Below, in pieces: positions 1 to 10,546 of a DNA stretch of 45,907 nt (its first letter is position 1; each line of letters begins with the position of its first letter). Made by a program: the position numbers and the translations under genes. Below the pieces are notes generated by a model. It saw only the letters and a list, made by a program, of their open reading frames with translations. It ran no database searches and was not told the origin of the DNA. This DNA is from Deltaproteobacteria bacterium (GTDB lineage Bacteria; Myxococcota; JACRCW01): assembly GCA_016218805.1 (NCBI GenBank), contig JACRCW010000166.1, positions 1 to 45,907 of the forward strand, read 5' to 3'.

Positions 1-10
1 CCGGCTGCCC

Positions 11-1516
11 ATGGGCGTGGGCCTGGCGGGCTGGGTGGCCAAGGCGGGCCAGCCGCTCAACCTGCGGGACGTCTACCAGGACAAGCGCTTCAACAAGGCG
101 GTGGACCAGCGCACCGGGTACCGGACGCAGAACATGCTGGCGTTCCCCATGCGGGACCACCGCGGCAACGTGCTGGGCGTCATCCAGGCGCTCAACAAGA
201 AGGTCGGTGGCGGCTTCTCTGACGAGGACGAGCGCACGCTGGAGGCGGTCAGTTCGCAGGCGGCGGCGGCCATTGAGAACGCCATGCTGTACTCCGAGGC
301 GCTGGCGCGCGCCGGCGAACTCACCCGCACGCGGGACGAGTTGGCGCGCAAGCTGGCTGAGATGGACCTGCTGTTTGAGTTCACGCAGACCCTGGCGCGC
401 GCGCGCGACGCGCGGGAGATGGTGCAGCTGGTGCTGGGACGCGCCTCCACGCTCATTGGCAGCGAGGGCGCGGCCCTGATGCGGCTGGACGGACCGCAGG
501 CCCTGCTGGACCTGTACGTGGCGTCAGACACACCGGAACCGGCGGTGAGCCGGTCTTTTCCCACCGACCCCAATGAGGGCGTCCCCGGCTGGATCATCCG
601 CCACGCGCAGGCGGTGATCATTGGGGACCTGGCCAAGGACAAGCGGCACGCCAAGGCCATGGCCAAGCGCTGGGACGTGACGCTGGACAACGTGTGCGGC
701 GTCCCGCTGCTGGCGTCTGACGGCGGCTGCAGCGGCGCGCTGGTGCTGTTCAACCGGGACCCGGTGTTCTCCGAGGAACACGTGGTGCTGCTGACCATGC
801 TGGCCAACCACGTGGCCAAGGCGCTGGAGGCCGCGCGCATCAAGGAGCAGGACCAGAACGCACTGCGCCTGCAGACCATTGGCCAGATGCTGTCCGGCGT
901 GGTGCATGACTTCAAGACGCCCATGACCATCATCTCCGGCTACGTGCAGCTCATGGAGAGCAGCGACGCCAAGGAAGAGCGGCAGGAATACGCGGAGCTG
1001 GTCCTCAAACAGTTTGAGAACCTCTCGCAGATGACCAAGGAGTTGCTGCAGTTTGCCAAGGGCGAGGTGGAGGTGTTCCTCCACAAGGTGTACCTGCAGC
1101 AGTTCATTGCCGAGGTGGACGAGGTGCTCAAACACCTGTTTGAGAACAGCCCGGTGGACTACGTCCTGGAGACCCGGTTCAAGGGCACCGTCCGCATGGA
1201 CGCCGGCAAGATGCTGCGCGTGGTCACCAACATTGCGCGCAACGCCAAGGAAGCCATGCCGGAGGGTGGCAAGTTCAAGTTCACCGTGGAGCAGAGCGGG
1301 GAAAGCGTGCTGCTGGTGATGGCGGACAACGGGCCGGGCATTGCGGAAGAGCTGGAGGGACGGCTGTTCACGGAGTTCGCCACGCACGGCAAGGCGGACG
1401 GCACGGGCCTGGGGCTGGCCGTGGTCAAGCGGATTGTCCAGCAACACCACGGTGACATCTCCTATGAGTCCCGCCGCGGGAAAGGCACCACCTTCACGGT
1501 GCGGCTGCCCCTGTGA
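11..1516 (+). CDS. GAF-GAF sensor histidine kinase (5'-partial; frame is open to the window edge)
   Basis: GAF motifs (DKRFNKAVDQRTGYRT..LNK..F..DE), H-box VVHDFKTPMT, N-box NIARNAKEAM, DNGPG, GTGLGL. Confidence 0.92.
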   Translation: MGVGLAGWVAKAGQPLNLRDVYQDKRFNKAVDQRTGYRTQNMLAFPMRDHRGNVLGVIQALNKKVGGGFSDEDERTLEAVSSQAAAAIENAMLYSEALARAGELTRTRDELARKLAEMDLLFEFTQTLARARDAREMVQLVLGRASTLIGSEGAALMRLDGPQALLDLYVASDTPEPAVSRSFPTDPNEGVPGWIIRHAQAVIIGDLAKDKRHAKAMAKRWDVTLDNVCGVPLLASDGGCSGALVLFNRDPVFSEEHVVLLTMLANHVAKALEAARIKEQDQNALRLQTIGQMLSGVVHDFKTPMTIISGYVQLMESSDAKEERQEYAELVLKQFENLSQMTKELLQFAKGEVEVFLHKVYLQQFIAEVDEVLKHLFENSPVDYVLETRFKGTVRMDAGKMLRVVTNIARNAKEAMPEGGKFKFTVEQSGESVLLVMADNGPGIAEELEGRLFTEFATHGKADGTGLGLAVVKRIVQQHHGDISYESRRGKGTTFTVRLPL

Positions 1517-1566
1517 GGCGGGGCGTGCTTTCGCCGGCCGCGCGCATGCACTAGGTTTCCCCGTGC

Positions 1567-2694
1567 ATGGGCACCGGCAAGCTCGACGTCACGCAGCTGG
1601 AGGCGCTGGTAGCCCAGGGCCGCCACCAGGAGGCGATGGAGGGGTACCAGCGGCTGCTGGCCACGCGGCCCAATGATCCGCTGCTGCGGGCGCGCGTGGA
1701 CATGCTGCGGGAAGCCGCCGCCAACGCGGACGCGTTTGCCAGCGCCCAGGACCAGCTCCCTCCCGCGCTGCGTGACCGCGAAACGGACATGAAGACCACG
1801 TTTGTGGTCACCCCGGAGGAAGTGGCGGACAGCTACGTGGTGGCGGGCCGCTACGACGACGCGCTGCTGCTGCTGGAGAAGTCCCTGCAGCAGCGGCCGC
1901 AGGACAAGGGACTGGTGGAGCGCATTGAGAAGGTGCGCCGGCTGCGCCAGGTGAGCGCGGACGGCGGCGCGGGTGAGGTCACCACGCCGCAACAGACCCT
2001 GCCGGTGAGCCGCCCCGCGCCCGCCCGGGCGGCGCCGGCGCGCGCGGCCGCTCCCGTGGCGCCGGCGTTTGGGGCGCCGCGGTCCAGCGCCGGTGGGCCG
2101 GGAGCCGCCGCCCGCAGCGCGGTGCCGGTCGCGGCGGATCGCGCGGCCACCGTCGTCGCCAGCGAGCGGCAGCTGGAGGCCCTGCGCACCGCCGCCGCCG
2201 CGCCAACGTTTGGCCAGCCGCGCTCCACACCGGGCGGGGCGGGCGCGCGCCGCCGGTCGGACTCGTCCTCCGCCACGCCCACGCTCCCCGCCGACACCGC
2301 CGCCCCCGAGCGCACCGTGCGGTCACCACCGCCGCGCGTGCGCCCCGTCTCCGCACAGCCCCTGGCGGAGGCCACCGTCATCTCCCCGCCCCCGGCGCGT
2401 GAGCCCACCGGGGATGGCAACTCAGATACCAGCGCGGAGGTGGCGTCAGCCCACTATGACGCCAGCGAGCTGCCCGACGAGCGCACCACGCCGGCCCGCA
2501 GCGTGGTGGAGGACGCCGAGGACGCCACCAAGACGGTGCTGGCGCCGCCGCCCACGGGCCTGGTGGACGCGCTGTCCACGGGTGATGAGATCAGCGGCGG
2601 CTTCCAAAGCAGCCCGCGCCTGGGGCCGGTGGAGCCCACGCAGGTCTCCCCCCCGCCGGAGCCCACCCGCACCACGCTGGCCAAGAAGAAGTGA
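1567..2694 (+). CDS. TPR-like N-terminal domain protein with Pro/Ala/Thr-rich disordered C-terminus
   Basis: TPR-like helices (ALVAQGRHQEAMEGYQRLL..P, YVVAGRYDDALLLLEKSL..P); host-like codon usage. Confidence 0.7.
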   Translation: MGTGKLDVTQLEALVAQGRHQEAMEGYQRLLATRPNDPLLRARVDMLREAAANADAFASAQDQLPPALRDRETDMKTTFVVTPEEVADSYVVAGRYDDALLLLEKSLQQRPQDKGLVERIEKVRRLRQVSADGGAGEVTTPQQTLPVSRPAPARAAPARAAAPVAPAFGAPRSSAGGPGAAARSAVPVAADRAATVVASERQLEALRTAAAAPTFGQPRSTPGGAGARRRSDSSSATPTLPADTAAPERTVRSPPPRVRPVSAQPLAEATVISPPPAREPTGDGNSDTSAEVASAHYDASELPDERTTPARSVVEDAEDATKTVLAPPPTGLVDALSTGDEISGGFQSSPRLGPVEPTQVSPPPEPTRTTLAKKK

Positions 2695-2698
2695 CCCG

Positions 2699-3346
2699 TC
2701 AGACCGCGGGAACGGCCACCAGTTCAATGATGAACGTGACTTCGTCCTTGTTGCGCACCGCGCCGAACATGGCGCTGTAGGGCTTCCAACCGAACTGCGT
2801 CTGCTTCACCGTGAAGGTGCCGCGGGCGGTGACCGTTCCGTCCGCCGCGGCCTCCACCGTGGCGGGGAAGGACACCGGCTGCGCCGAGCCGCGCAACGTG
2901 AGGTGGCCGCTGACCACGTACGTGCCATCCGCCGCGCGCGTGACCTTGCTGGAGAGGAACGTCAGGTGCGGGAACCTGGCCACGTACAGCTGGTCCTCCG
3001 CCAGCATGGCCTTGCGCACGTCCTCCACGTCACCGCGGCTGAGGACAGAGGTCTCGCCAAATTTCTTCCGCATCGCCGGGTCGTCCAGGATCAGCGTGCG
3101 CGCATCCACAGTGACGGAAACCGCGCACGCGTCGGGGTTGGCCGGGTCATACTTCAGCGTGCCGGAGAGGTCCTTGGCAACGACGACGTGGTTGTGCGCC
3201 AGGCGTGCCGCCGGACCGTCTTTGGCAGTGCGCACCACCAGGAGGCTGCGCGCGGGATCCACGCGGTAGTCAGCGGCGGAGGCGGTGGAGGCAGACACGA
3301 CGAGGAAGAGCACCGGCAGGCGGTGGAGACTGACAGGAAAGTGCAT
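2699..3346 (-). CDS. YceI-like lipid/polyisoprenoid-binding protein, secreted
   Basis: Signal peptide, YRVDPARS, QLYVARFPHLTF.S, GHLTLRG, QTQFG..P; ATG at 3346. Confidence 0.85.
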   Translation of the reverse strand: MHFPVSLHRLPVLFLVVSASTASAADYRVDPARSLLVVRTAKDGPAARLAHNHVVVAKDLSGTLKYDPANPDACAVSVTVDARTLILDDPAMRKKFGETSVLSRGDVEDVRKAMLAEDQLYVARFPHLTFLSSKVTRAADGTYVVSGHLTLRGSAQPVSFPATVEAAADGTVTARGTFTVKQTQFGWKPYSAMFGAVRNKDEVTFIIELVAVPAV

Positions 3347-3440
3347 CTGGCAAAGGTAACAGGTCGTGGCCGCCGCGCCACCGGTGTTGTTGACACCTTG
3401 CTGCCCGCTGACCATGTATGCGCACCCTGCCGGACCCCCC

Positions 3441-4892
3441 ATGCCGCTCCCCATCCTGCCCGCCCACGTGGACAACGAGCCCGCCGGCTGCGCGCTGCCC
3501 GCGCCGGCCCGGCCGCGGCCCGCGCGCCGGCTGTCCGCGGACAGCCACCCGCACGGCGTGTTCATTGAGACCTTTGGCTGCCAGATGAACGCGCATGATA
3601 CCGAGCGCCTGCAGGAGCTGCTGGAGCCGCTGGGCTACCGCGCGGTGGACCGCCAGGAGGAGGCGGACCTGGTCATCCTCAACAGCTGTGACATCCGGGA
3701 GAAGGCGGAGCACAAGCTGATGAGCGCGCTGGGCCGCCTCAAGGACCTCAAGCGCGAACGCCGCGACCTGGTGGTCGCCGTGGCGGGGTGCGTGGCCCAG
3801 GTGGAGGGCGACAAGCTGCTCCGCCGCGCGCCGCACGTGGACATTGTGGTGGGGACGGACCAGCTGCGTGCCGTGCCGGACATGGTGCGCGCGGCCCGCG
3901 CTGGCAGCGGCCCGCAGGTCAACAACGCGCCGTGGGACCCGGGTGATGGGCTGGATGCGGACACGGCGTTTGTGGGCGCCATGGAAGGCGCGCAACCCAC
4001 CGGCGTGACGGCGTTTGTGACGGCCATGACCGGGTGCGACAAGAAATGCGCGTATTGCATTGTCCCGTTCACCCGCGGCCGCGAGCGCAGCCGCCCCCTC
4101 CCCTCCATCCTGGCCGAGGTGGAGATGCTGGTGGGCAAGGGAATCCGCGAGGTCATGCTCATTGGCCAGACGGTCAACACGTGGGGCATGGACTTTGCGC
4201 CCGGCGGGCCGGACTTTGCGGACCTGCTGCGCGCGGTCCATGACGTGCCGGGCCTGCAGCGGGTCCGCTTCATGACCAGTCACCCGCGTGACATGACGGA
4301 CCGCCTGGTGGCCGCGCTGGGCGCGCTGCCGCGCGTGGCCGCGCACCTGCACCTCCCGGTGCAGGCCGGTTCTGACGCGGTGCTGGCCCGGATGGGGCGC
4401 GGTTACACGCGCGCCTACTACCTGGAGCGGGTGGCCGCCCTGCGGCGCGCGCGCCCGGAGCTCTCCATCACCTCGGACATCATTGTGGGCTTTCCCGGAG
4501 AGACCGAAGCGGACTTTGCCGCCACCATGGCGCTGCTGGACGAAGTCCGGTTTGACAACCTGTTCAGTTTTGCCTTCTCCGAACGCCCAGGGACGGCGGC
4601 CGCGGACCTCCCGGACCCCGTGCCGCCCGACGTGCGGCGCGCCCGGCTCAACATCCTGCAGGCGCGGCAGCGGCAGTTCACGCGGGAGTTCCTGGACCGG
4701 CAGCGGGACACGCACGTGGAGGTCCTGGTGGAGGGCCCCAGCCGCAACGACGGTGGCGTGTTGTGCGGCAAGACCGGTCAGAACGTCACGGTGAACTTCA
4801 CCGGGCAGGCGGGGGCCGGTGACCTGGTCCGCATCCGCGTGGACGAGGTGCGGGGCAACACGTTCTTTGGCGCGCTGGCGGGCGCCGCGTGA
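3441..4892 (+). CDS. miaB: tRNA-2-methylthio-N6-dimethylallyladenosine synthase MiaB
   Basis: ETFGCQMNAHD, radical-SAM CDKKCAYC-IVPFTRGRERSR, DIIVGFPGET, C-terminal TRAM domain; start uncertain (3414/3441). Confidence 0.95.
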   Translation: MPLPILPAHVDNEPAGCALPAPARPRPARRLSADSHPHGVFIETFGCQMNAHDTERLQELLEPLGYRAVDRQEEADLVILNSCDIREKAEHKLMSALGRLKDLKRERRDLVVAVAGCVAQVEGDKLLRRAPHVDIVVGTDQLRAVPDMVRAARAGSGPQVNNAPWDPGDGLDADTAFVGAMEGAQPTGVTAFVTAMTGCDKKCAYCIVPFTRGRERSRPLPSILAEVEMLVGKGIREVMLIGQTVNTWGMDFAPGGPDFADLLRAVHDVPGLQRVRFMTSHPRDMTDRLVAALGALPRVAAHLHLPVQAGSDAVLARMGRGYTRAYYLERVAALRRARPELSITSDIIVGFPGETEADFAATMALLDEVRFDNLFSFAFSERPGTAAADLPDPVPPDVRRARLNILQARQRQFTREFLDRQRDTHVEVLVEGPSRNDGGVLCGKTGQNVTVNFTGQAGAGDLVRIRVDEVRGNTFFGALAGAA

Positions 4893-5272
4893 GCGCCCGG
4901 TGGCGCGCCGCCGGGTGGCCGGCGTGGGCCGCGCTGGGCTGGGCCGCCCTCATCCACCTGATGTCCAGTGCGCCGCGGCAGCTCCCTGCGTTTCTAGACG
5001 TGGACGGCCTGGATAAGCTCATCCACCTGGTGGAATTCGGGACGCTGGGCGGGCTGCTCACCGCAGCGCTGTGGCGCGGCGTCCCGGAGTTGGCCGGGGC
5101 GGGCGCATGGGTGGCGGCGCTGGGAGCCGCGGCGTACGGCTGCGTGGACGAACTCCACCAAGCCTACGTCCCCGGCCGGTCGTCCAGCTTCTATGACGTG
5201 GTGGCGGATGCGGTGGGCGCGCTGGCCGCAGCGCTGCTGGTCCGCCGGGTCCTGCAGCGGCGGGCGCGCTGA
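4889..5272 (+). CDS. VanZ family membrane protein
   Basis: DKLIHLVEFG, DELHQAYVPGRSSSFYDVVADAVG; GTGA overlap with miaB. Confidence 0.88.
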   Translation: MSARWRAAGWPAWAALGWAALIHLMSSAPRQLPAFLDVDGLDKLIHLVEFGTLGGLLTAALWRGVPELAGAGAWVAALGAAAYGCVDELHQAYVPGRSSSFYDVVADAVGALAAALLVRRVLQRRAR

Positions 5273-5527
5273 GAACCGCTCCCCGGAGAGAAGTGACCTT
5301 GTGTGGCGGAGGGCGCTGTTCCGCGTGTTTCCTCTGGTTTCCGCAGGGCGTTCCGCAGGTTTCCGCAGGTCTTTTCCGCGGGTTTCCGCGCGTTCCTCGT
5401 AGGGCGGGGGCTTGTCCCCCGCCCGATTGAGATGCAGGGCCGTTCAGACGCGATGACTTCCTCCGACGTGTCGCAGAGAACGGATTCGGCTCGACACTGA
5501 GGAACAGCTTTCTCTGGGGACGTGTGC
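5273..5527. mobile_element. MITE-like element family A, copy 1 (255 bp)
   Basis: Imperfect TIRs GAACCGCTCCCCGGAGA / TCTCTGGGGACGTGTGC, flanked by TGA on both sides (5270-72, 5528-30); 5399-5494 matches 19487-19582 at 88/96 nt. Confidence 0.7.
5399..5424 (+). repeat. GTAG-type REP palindrome
   Basis: GTAG followed by stem GGGCGGGGG-CTTGT-CCCCCGCCC. Confidence 0.8.
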
Positions 5528-5540
5528 TGAGGCCCCCTGG

Positions 5541-7811
5541 TCAGAACTGGATGCCCAGGATGCCGTGGAAGCGCTGGGCAAACTTTGCTTCACCAAACTT
5601 GTTCTGGTTGTCCGGCGACACGTAGCTGTAGGCGTCTTTCTGGTAGCAGTAGTTGAGGTCCGTTGAGGGCTTGTCACAGCGAGCGTGGTGGAAGCCGGCC
5701 AGCGGGAGCATGAAGGCGTACGTGAAGCCCGCGTAGAAGCCGTCCTCCGACTTGTAGAACAGGTGGCCGTTGAACTCCGCGCCCAACAGGTTGCTGTCGC
5801 CGGGGGTTGACGAGGAATACTGCGCAATCGCCGCGATGGCGTCACCGCGCACCCCCAGCCCGTCCAGGATGTAATAGGTGACTGACGGTTTGACGTAGAC
5901 CGCGTCGGTGACGGTGCCGATGACCTCGCGGAACATGAGCATGTCCACGCGGTAGTCCGGGTTGAACTTGAAGTTCTGGATGGTGTTGTCCGTGACGCAC
6001 GGCCCGCTCTGGGTATTGGTCTCATCCTGCGTGCACGCGCCGCCGCCTTCCGCCTGGCCCGTCTGGGCACCAAATTGCCGGCCGTCCAGGTCACCGCGGC
6101 GGGTGGGCATGAAGTTGTTGGCGCCGTTGCGCACGCCAAAGCCGGGCGCGTCATCACCGGAGGCGTATCCCAGCCCGCCGCCAATGATGAGGCTGTCATT
6201 GAGGAAGGAATAGGACGCCTCCAGCGCGAACCCGAGCTGCTGGATGCACGCGCCCGGTCCCAGGTCCAGCCAGCCCTGTGACGGGTCCGGCGGGAAGCGC
6301 AGGTTGCTGGGGCTGAAGCCGTCCTCGCCCGGGCGCGCGGCGCCGCGCCGCAGGAAGCTCTCCGGCCGCGGGATGGCGTAGCAGTGCGGCACGCCAAAGC
6401 CCTTGCCTTCCGCGTCCAGGTACACCGGCGTGCCGTTCACGAGCTTGTAGTTGGCCACCATGCCATTGGGGAGCGTGCCGGAGGTCTGCATGTTGCCAAT
6501 GTGGCCGTAGATGCCGGCAAGCTCGCCTTCAATCTTCAGCTTGCGCCACTGGAACAGGCCCCACAGGCTGCCAATGGTGGCCCACGCATTGCGGGTCATC
6601 ATGTCACCCGCCTGGATCCCGCGGCCCGGTCCGTTCAGATAGTAGAGGGGCGTGTCATAGCTCTGCTGCCGGAACTGGCCATACGCGCCGTAGTTGAGCA
6701 CAAACCCGCCGCCGTTGAGCTTCTCGCGGATGTCCGCCGGGCTGTCCCGCTTGGCCACCGCCAGGATCCAGCTCTTGACGTCGTCACGCGGGTCCAGGTC
6801 AAACGGCTGGCCCTGCTCATTGGGGTGGAACATCAGCGTGTTGGCCGCCGGCCCGCCGCCGCGGCCCACCGGGCCGGACGCCGTGAACTCCCACATGGGG
6901 ATGATGTAGTGCCCCAGCACCCGCGTCACGAACATGATGCGGTCCGACGAGCTGCCGCTGTCACACTCCAGGCAATTGCCGTCATTGGCCAGGATGCCCA
7001 GGCCAAAGTGGCTGGCCATGCGGCCAAACCGCACCTGACCGAACGGGGTGGTGACCTCGCCCCAGGCGCGCTTGAGGCGGATGGAGCTGCCCAGGAACGT
7101 GTTGACGCCCATCTCCGGCGGCAACTGCGAGGTGGTGAAGGCGGACAGCGGGTTGCCGGGGTTGATGGCCAGGCCGGGCAGCGTGTCCGGCGTGGAACCC
7201 AGCACCACGTTGTCCAGGATGTCCGCCGTCATGCGCAGGCGGATGTCTTCGGACACGTTCAGCGTGGGGTCCAGGCGCAGGCGCATGTTGGCGCTGGTCA
7301 GCGTGTCATGGCGGTCATCCGGGGTGGGGTAGTTGAGCGGGGGCGGCACGTTGGAGGTGCCCACGCCCACGGCGGGGTCATACGTGCCCAGGTGCGCGCG
7401 CTGGAACAGGTCCACGCGGGTGCGGAAGTAGCCGTCAAAGTCCAGGAAGTTCAGCTTGGGCTTGAGTTCCTCCACCCAGCTCTCCTCCTCCCACTCCGCG
7501 GCCTGCCGGCGCGTCTGCGCCGCCTCCCGCGCCGCCTTCTCAATCTCCACCCGCATCTCCTCGCGGAGGTCGCTCTTGATCTCGTTGCGCAGCCGGTCCA
7601 GCTCCTCGGGCGTCAGCGTGGCCGGCGCGGGGGAAGCCGGCGCGGCGGGCGTGACGGGAGCCGGGGTGGGGGCGGTGTTCTCGACGGCGGGCGCCGCGGC
7701 GGGCTCGCTGGGCTGTGCCGGGACGGCCGGCTCCGTGCCGGGCTCCTGCGCCCGGGCGGAACCGCCCCACAGTCCAAGTACAACCCACGCGAGGGAAAGG
7801 GTGCGCTTCAT
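5541..7811 (-). CDS. TIGR04551-like myxobacterial outer-membrane beta-barrel protein
   Basis: Signal peptide, FLDFDGYFRTR, ANMRLRLDPTLNVSEDIR..DILDNVVLGSTPD, NFKFNPDYRVDMLMFRE, C-terminal Phe. Confidence 0.8.
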   Translation of the reverse strand: MKRTLSLAWVVLGLWGGSARAQEPGTEPAVPAQPSEPAAAPAVENTAPTPAPVTPAAPASPAPATLTPEELDRLRNEIKSDLREEMRVEIEKAAREAAQTRRQAAEWEEESWVEELKPKLNFLDFDGYFRTRVDLFQRAHLGTYDPAVGVGTSNVPPPLNYPTPDDRHDTLTSANMRLRLDPTLNVSEDIRLRMTADILDNVVLGSTPDTLPGLAINPGNPLSAFTTSQLPPEMGVNTFLGSSIRLKRAWGEVTTPFGQVRFGRMASHFGLGILANDGNCLECDSGSSSDRIMFVTRVLGHYIIPMWEFTASGPVGRGGGPAANTLMFHPNEQGQPFDLDPRDDVKSWILAVAKRDSPADIREKLNGGGFVLNYGAYGQFRQQSYDTPLYYLNGPGRGIQAGDMMTRNAWATIGSLWGLFQWRKLKIEGELAGIYGHIGNMQTSGTLPNGMVANYKLVNGTPVYLDAEGKGFGVPHCYAIPRPESFLRRGAARPGEDGFSPSNLRFPPDPSQGWLDLGPGACIQQLGFALEASYSFLNDSLIIGGGLGYASGDDAPGFGVRNGANNFMPTRRGDLDGRQFGAQTGQAEGGGACTQDETNTQSGPCVTDNTIQNFKFNPDYRVDMLMFREVIGTVTDAVYVKPSVTYYILDGLGVRGDAIAAIAQYSSSTPGDSNLLGAEFNGHLFYKSEDGFYAGFTYAFMLPLAGFHHARCDKPSTDLNYCYQKDAYSYVSPDNQNKFGEAKFAQRFHGILGIQF

Positions 7812-7981
7812 GGGATCCCGTCGAGGGCGTCCGGGGCCCCGGGCGCCTTCAAAGTGTGCCGGCTCCTCGACAAGAGGACCGGCGGGGGCACGCTGCTAGC
7901 ACGCACCCGTCGGCGCCAACAAGCCGGTCCCCCGTGCGGCCCTTGCCCCCGCCGCCGACGGCTGGCTACACGCCGCGCCCC

Positions 7982-8311
7982 ATGGAACTCACGGCCAGGC
8001 AGCGGCAGTACCTCAAGGGGTTGGGCCACCACCGCAAGGCGGTCATCCACGTGGGTCACCACGGCATCACGGCGGAGCTGTGCGTGGAGACCGGCCGCGC
8101 CCTGCAGGCGCATGAGCTCATCAAGGTGAAGTTCAGTGACACCGCCCCCGGTGACCGCCGCGAAGCGGCCGGCCAGCTCGCCCGCGAAACCGGCGCCGCC
8201 GTGGCGCAGGTCATTGGCAGGGTGGCGCTGCTGTACAAGCGGCGGGAGGAGGACCCGGAGATTGTCCTGCCGGCCGCCTCCGCCGCCAGGCCCGCGCGCA
8301 AGGCCCGGTAA
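7982..8311 (+). CDS. yhbY: YhbY/CRM-domain RNA-binding protein
   Basis: LTARQRQYLKGLGHH, ALQAHELIKVK, QVIGRVALLY. Confidence 0.92.
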   Translation: MELTARQRQYLKGLGHHRKAVIHVGHHGITAELCVETGRALQAHELIKVKFSDTAPGDRREAAGQLARETGAAVAQVIGRVALLYKRREEDPEIVLPAASAARPARKAR

Positions 8312-8534
8312 GGGGCTGGAAATGAATAGACTGGACAGGTGCCGCTGTCCGGAGCGCACGGTTGACGTCGTGGCGGCGGGGCCTGCAGCCGCCGCATTGG
8401 GCGCATTGCGGCGGCCGCGGGTGCCGCCGCTACCCAGCGTTTTCCGTCGACAGACTCGTCCAGCCGCACCGGACGAGAAGGCACAGAGCACCTTCATGTG
8501 GACGGAACTCGCCGGTCTGTTTGGATCCAGCCCC
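8312..8534. mobile_element. MITE-like element family B, copy 1
   Basis: TIRs GGGGCTGGAAATGAATAGAC / GTCTGTTTGGATCCAGCCCC (15/20); flanks TAA (yhbY stop) / CAA; 8350-8382 matches the reverse complement of 36228-36260 at 32/33 nt. Confidence 0.6.
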
Positions 8535-8558
8535 CAACCCGGCGCGCCGCGCGCCCGG

Positions 8559-9854
8559 TCAGCCCCGGGCCACCACGGCCATGGACTCGGCGGCCGCATC
8601 AGCCAGCAGCTTGAGGTCCGCGTCGCTCATCGCCAGGGACAGGAACGCGGCCTCCAACTGCGAGGGCGCCAGGTACACGCCCCGCTGCAGCATGGCGTGG
8701 AAGAACACACCAAACCGCTTGCGGTCGCTCTTCAGGGCGTCGTCCTCGTTGCGCACCGGGCCCTGCTGGAAGAACGCGGTGAACATGGAGCCCACGCGCT
8801 GCACGCACAGGTCAATTCCGGCCTTCCGGGCCGCGTCTTCCAGGCCCTGCTGCACGGTGGCCCCGGTGCGCTCCAGCTTCTGGTATGCGCCCGGCGCGCG
8901 CAGCAGCTTCAACGTTGTCAGCCCCGCCGCCATGGCCAGCGGGTTCCCGGACAGCGTGCCCGCCTGGTAGATGGGGCCTTCCGGCGCCACCTTGCCCATC
9001 AGCGCCTTGCCGGCGCCGTACGCGCCCACCGGCAGCCCGCCGCCGATGATTTTCCCCAGCGTGACAATGTCCGCGCGCACGCCGTAGCGCTCCTGCGCGC
9101 CGCCGTAGGCCACGCGGAAACCGGTCATCACCTCGTCCAGGATGAGCAGCGCGCCGTGGCGGTTGCACACCTCCTTGATCGCCTTGAGGTAGCCATCCTG
9201 CGGCGGCACCAGCCCCATGTTCCCCACCACGGGCTCCACAATGAACGCGGCAATCGCATCCTTGTGCTGCTCAAACGCGCGTTCGAGCGCCGGCACGTCA
9301 TTGTACGGGACCGTGATGGTCATGCGGGCCAACTCCGCGGGCACGCCGGGGGAATCCGGCAGGCCCAAGGTGGCCACGCCGCTGCCCGCCTTCACCAGCA
9401 GGCTGTCACCGTGGCCGTGGTAGCAGCCCGCCGCCTTGACAATGAGCGAGCGCCCGGTGGCACCGCGCGCCAGCCGCAGCGCCGCCATGGTGGCCTCCGT
9501 CCCCGACGACACGAACCGCACCTTCTCCATGGCGGGGAACGCGCGCCGCACCTCCTCCGCCAACTCCGCCTCCAGCGCGTTGGGCGCGCCGTAGCTGGTC
9601 CCCAGCCGGGTGCGTTCAATGACCGCCGCCACCACGTCCGGGTGCGCGTGCCCCACGATCATGGGCCCCCAACTCCCCACCAGGTCCAGCAGCTTGTTGC
9701 CGTCCACGTCCCACAGGTACGCGCCCTCCCCACGCGCCATCACCACCGGCGTGCCACCCACGCCCTTGAAGGCCCGCACTGGGCTGTTCACCCCGCCCAC
9801 CAGCACGTCGCGGGCGCGTTCCATCAACTCTTCGCTCTTCCTGAAGGACACCAT
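8559..9854 (-). CDS. hemL: Glutamate-1-semialdehyde 2,1-aminomutase
   Basis: GGVNSPVRAF, SGTEATM, DEVMTGFR, PLP lysine GKIIGGGLP, QAGTLSGNP; RBS AGGAG before ATG 9854. Confidence 0.97.
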   Translation of the reverse strand: MVSFRKSEELMERARDVLVGGVNSPVRAFKGVGGTPVVMARGEGAYLWDVDGNKLLDLVGSWGPMIVGHAHPDVVAAVIERTRLGTSYGAPNALEAELAEEVRRAFPAMEKVRFVSSGTEATMAALRLARGATGRSLIVKAAGCYHGHGDSLLVKAGSGVATLGLPDSPGVPAELARMTITVPYNDVPALERAFEQHKDAIAAFIVEPVVGNMGLVPPQDGYLKAIKEVCNRHGALLILDEVMTGFRVAYGGAQERYGVRADIVTLGKIIGGGLPVGAYGAGKALMGKVAPEGPIYQAGTLSGNPLAMAAGLTTLKLLRAPGAYQKLERTGATVQQGLEDAARKAGIDLCVQRVGSMFTAFFQQGPVRNEDDALKSDRKRFGVFFHAMLQRGVYLAPSQLEAAFLSLAMSDADLKLLADAAAESMAVVARG

Positions 9855-9883
9855 GCTTCTCCTCTGCGGGGCGCGCGGCGCCC

Positions 9884-10546
9884 TCACGCAAGGAGCGCTG
9901 CATAGCGCCATACGTAGTACGGGATCACCTGCTCACCGCGGGTCAGCGGGCTGAGGCGCAGCAGACCGGCCACCGCTTCCGCGTCCATGAGACGGACCTC
10001 GCGCCCTTCCAGGTGCCGGCCCATGTCCTTGCACGCGTAGAACTCGTCACGGGACTGCAGGCGGCTGACGCCAAACAACCGCCCGCGCAGCTCACGCGCG
10101 GCGTAGGCCGTGCACCTCCCGGCGTCATCCAGCACCGGGCAATCAAAGCGGAGTGACAGCGCCGCGGCCACGCGGTCCGCCACCGCCGGGCGCTCCCGCG
10201 CGTCCTCACCGGTCAACGCGGGTGCGCCGGGGCACTCCGGGTGACCAAACGCCAGGATGCGGTCGCCGTGCCGCTGAAAGGTGGCCACGCCCGCACGCAC
10301 CACGCGGGCGCGCGCCTCCGGGCTGAAGGCCACCTCCAGGTGGTTGAGCAGGAACAGCGCTTCCAGCGTGGTCAGGAACACGCTGTCCCGGCAGCACGCG
10401 GAGCACCCCGCATGGCACAGCAGGTCCAGGGCGGGCGCCAGCCGCGCCGCGTGCTCGTCAACCCGGCGGTACAGGTCCGCCAGGACCTCAAACGCCTGCG
10501 GCAGGGTGAAGCCGTCCACGCCGGTAGGAATGTCAACAATGGGCAC
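9884..10546 (-). CDS. YkgJ/UPF0153 cysteine-cluster (putative Fe-S/Zn) protein
   Basis: CHAGCSACC, CPVLDDAGRCTAYAAR; GTG start with GGAGG RBS. Confidence 0.8.
   Translation of the reverse strand: MPIVDIPTGVDGFTLPQAFEVLADLYRRVDEHAARLAPALDLLCHAGCSACCRDSVFLTTLEALFLLNHLEVAFSPEARARVVRAGVATFQRHGDRILAFGHPECPGAPALTGEDARERPAVADRVAAALSLRFDCPVLDDAGRCTAYAARELRGRLFGVSRLQSRDEFYACKDMGRHLEGREVRLMDAEAVAGLLRLSPLTRGEQVIPYYVWRYAALLA

Noticed and set aside
7886..7901. Sigma-54-like GGGCAC-N5-TAGC before yhbY
   Set aside because: Two mismatches to consensus in GC-rich DNA; too weak.
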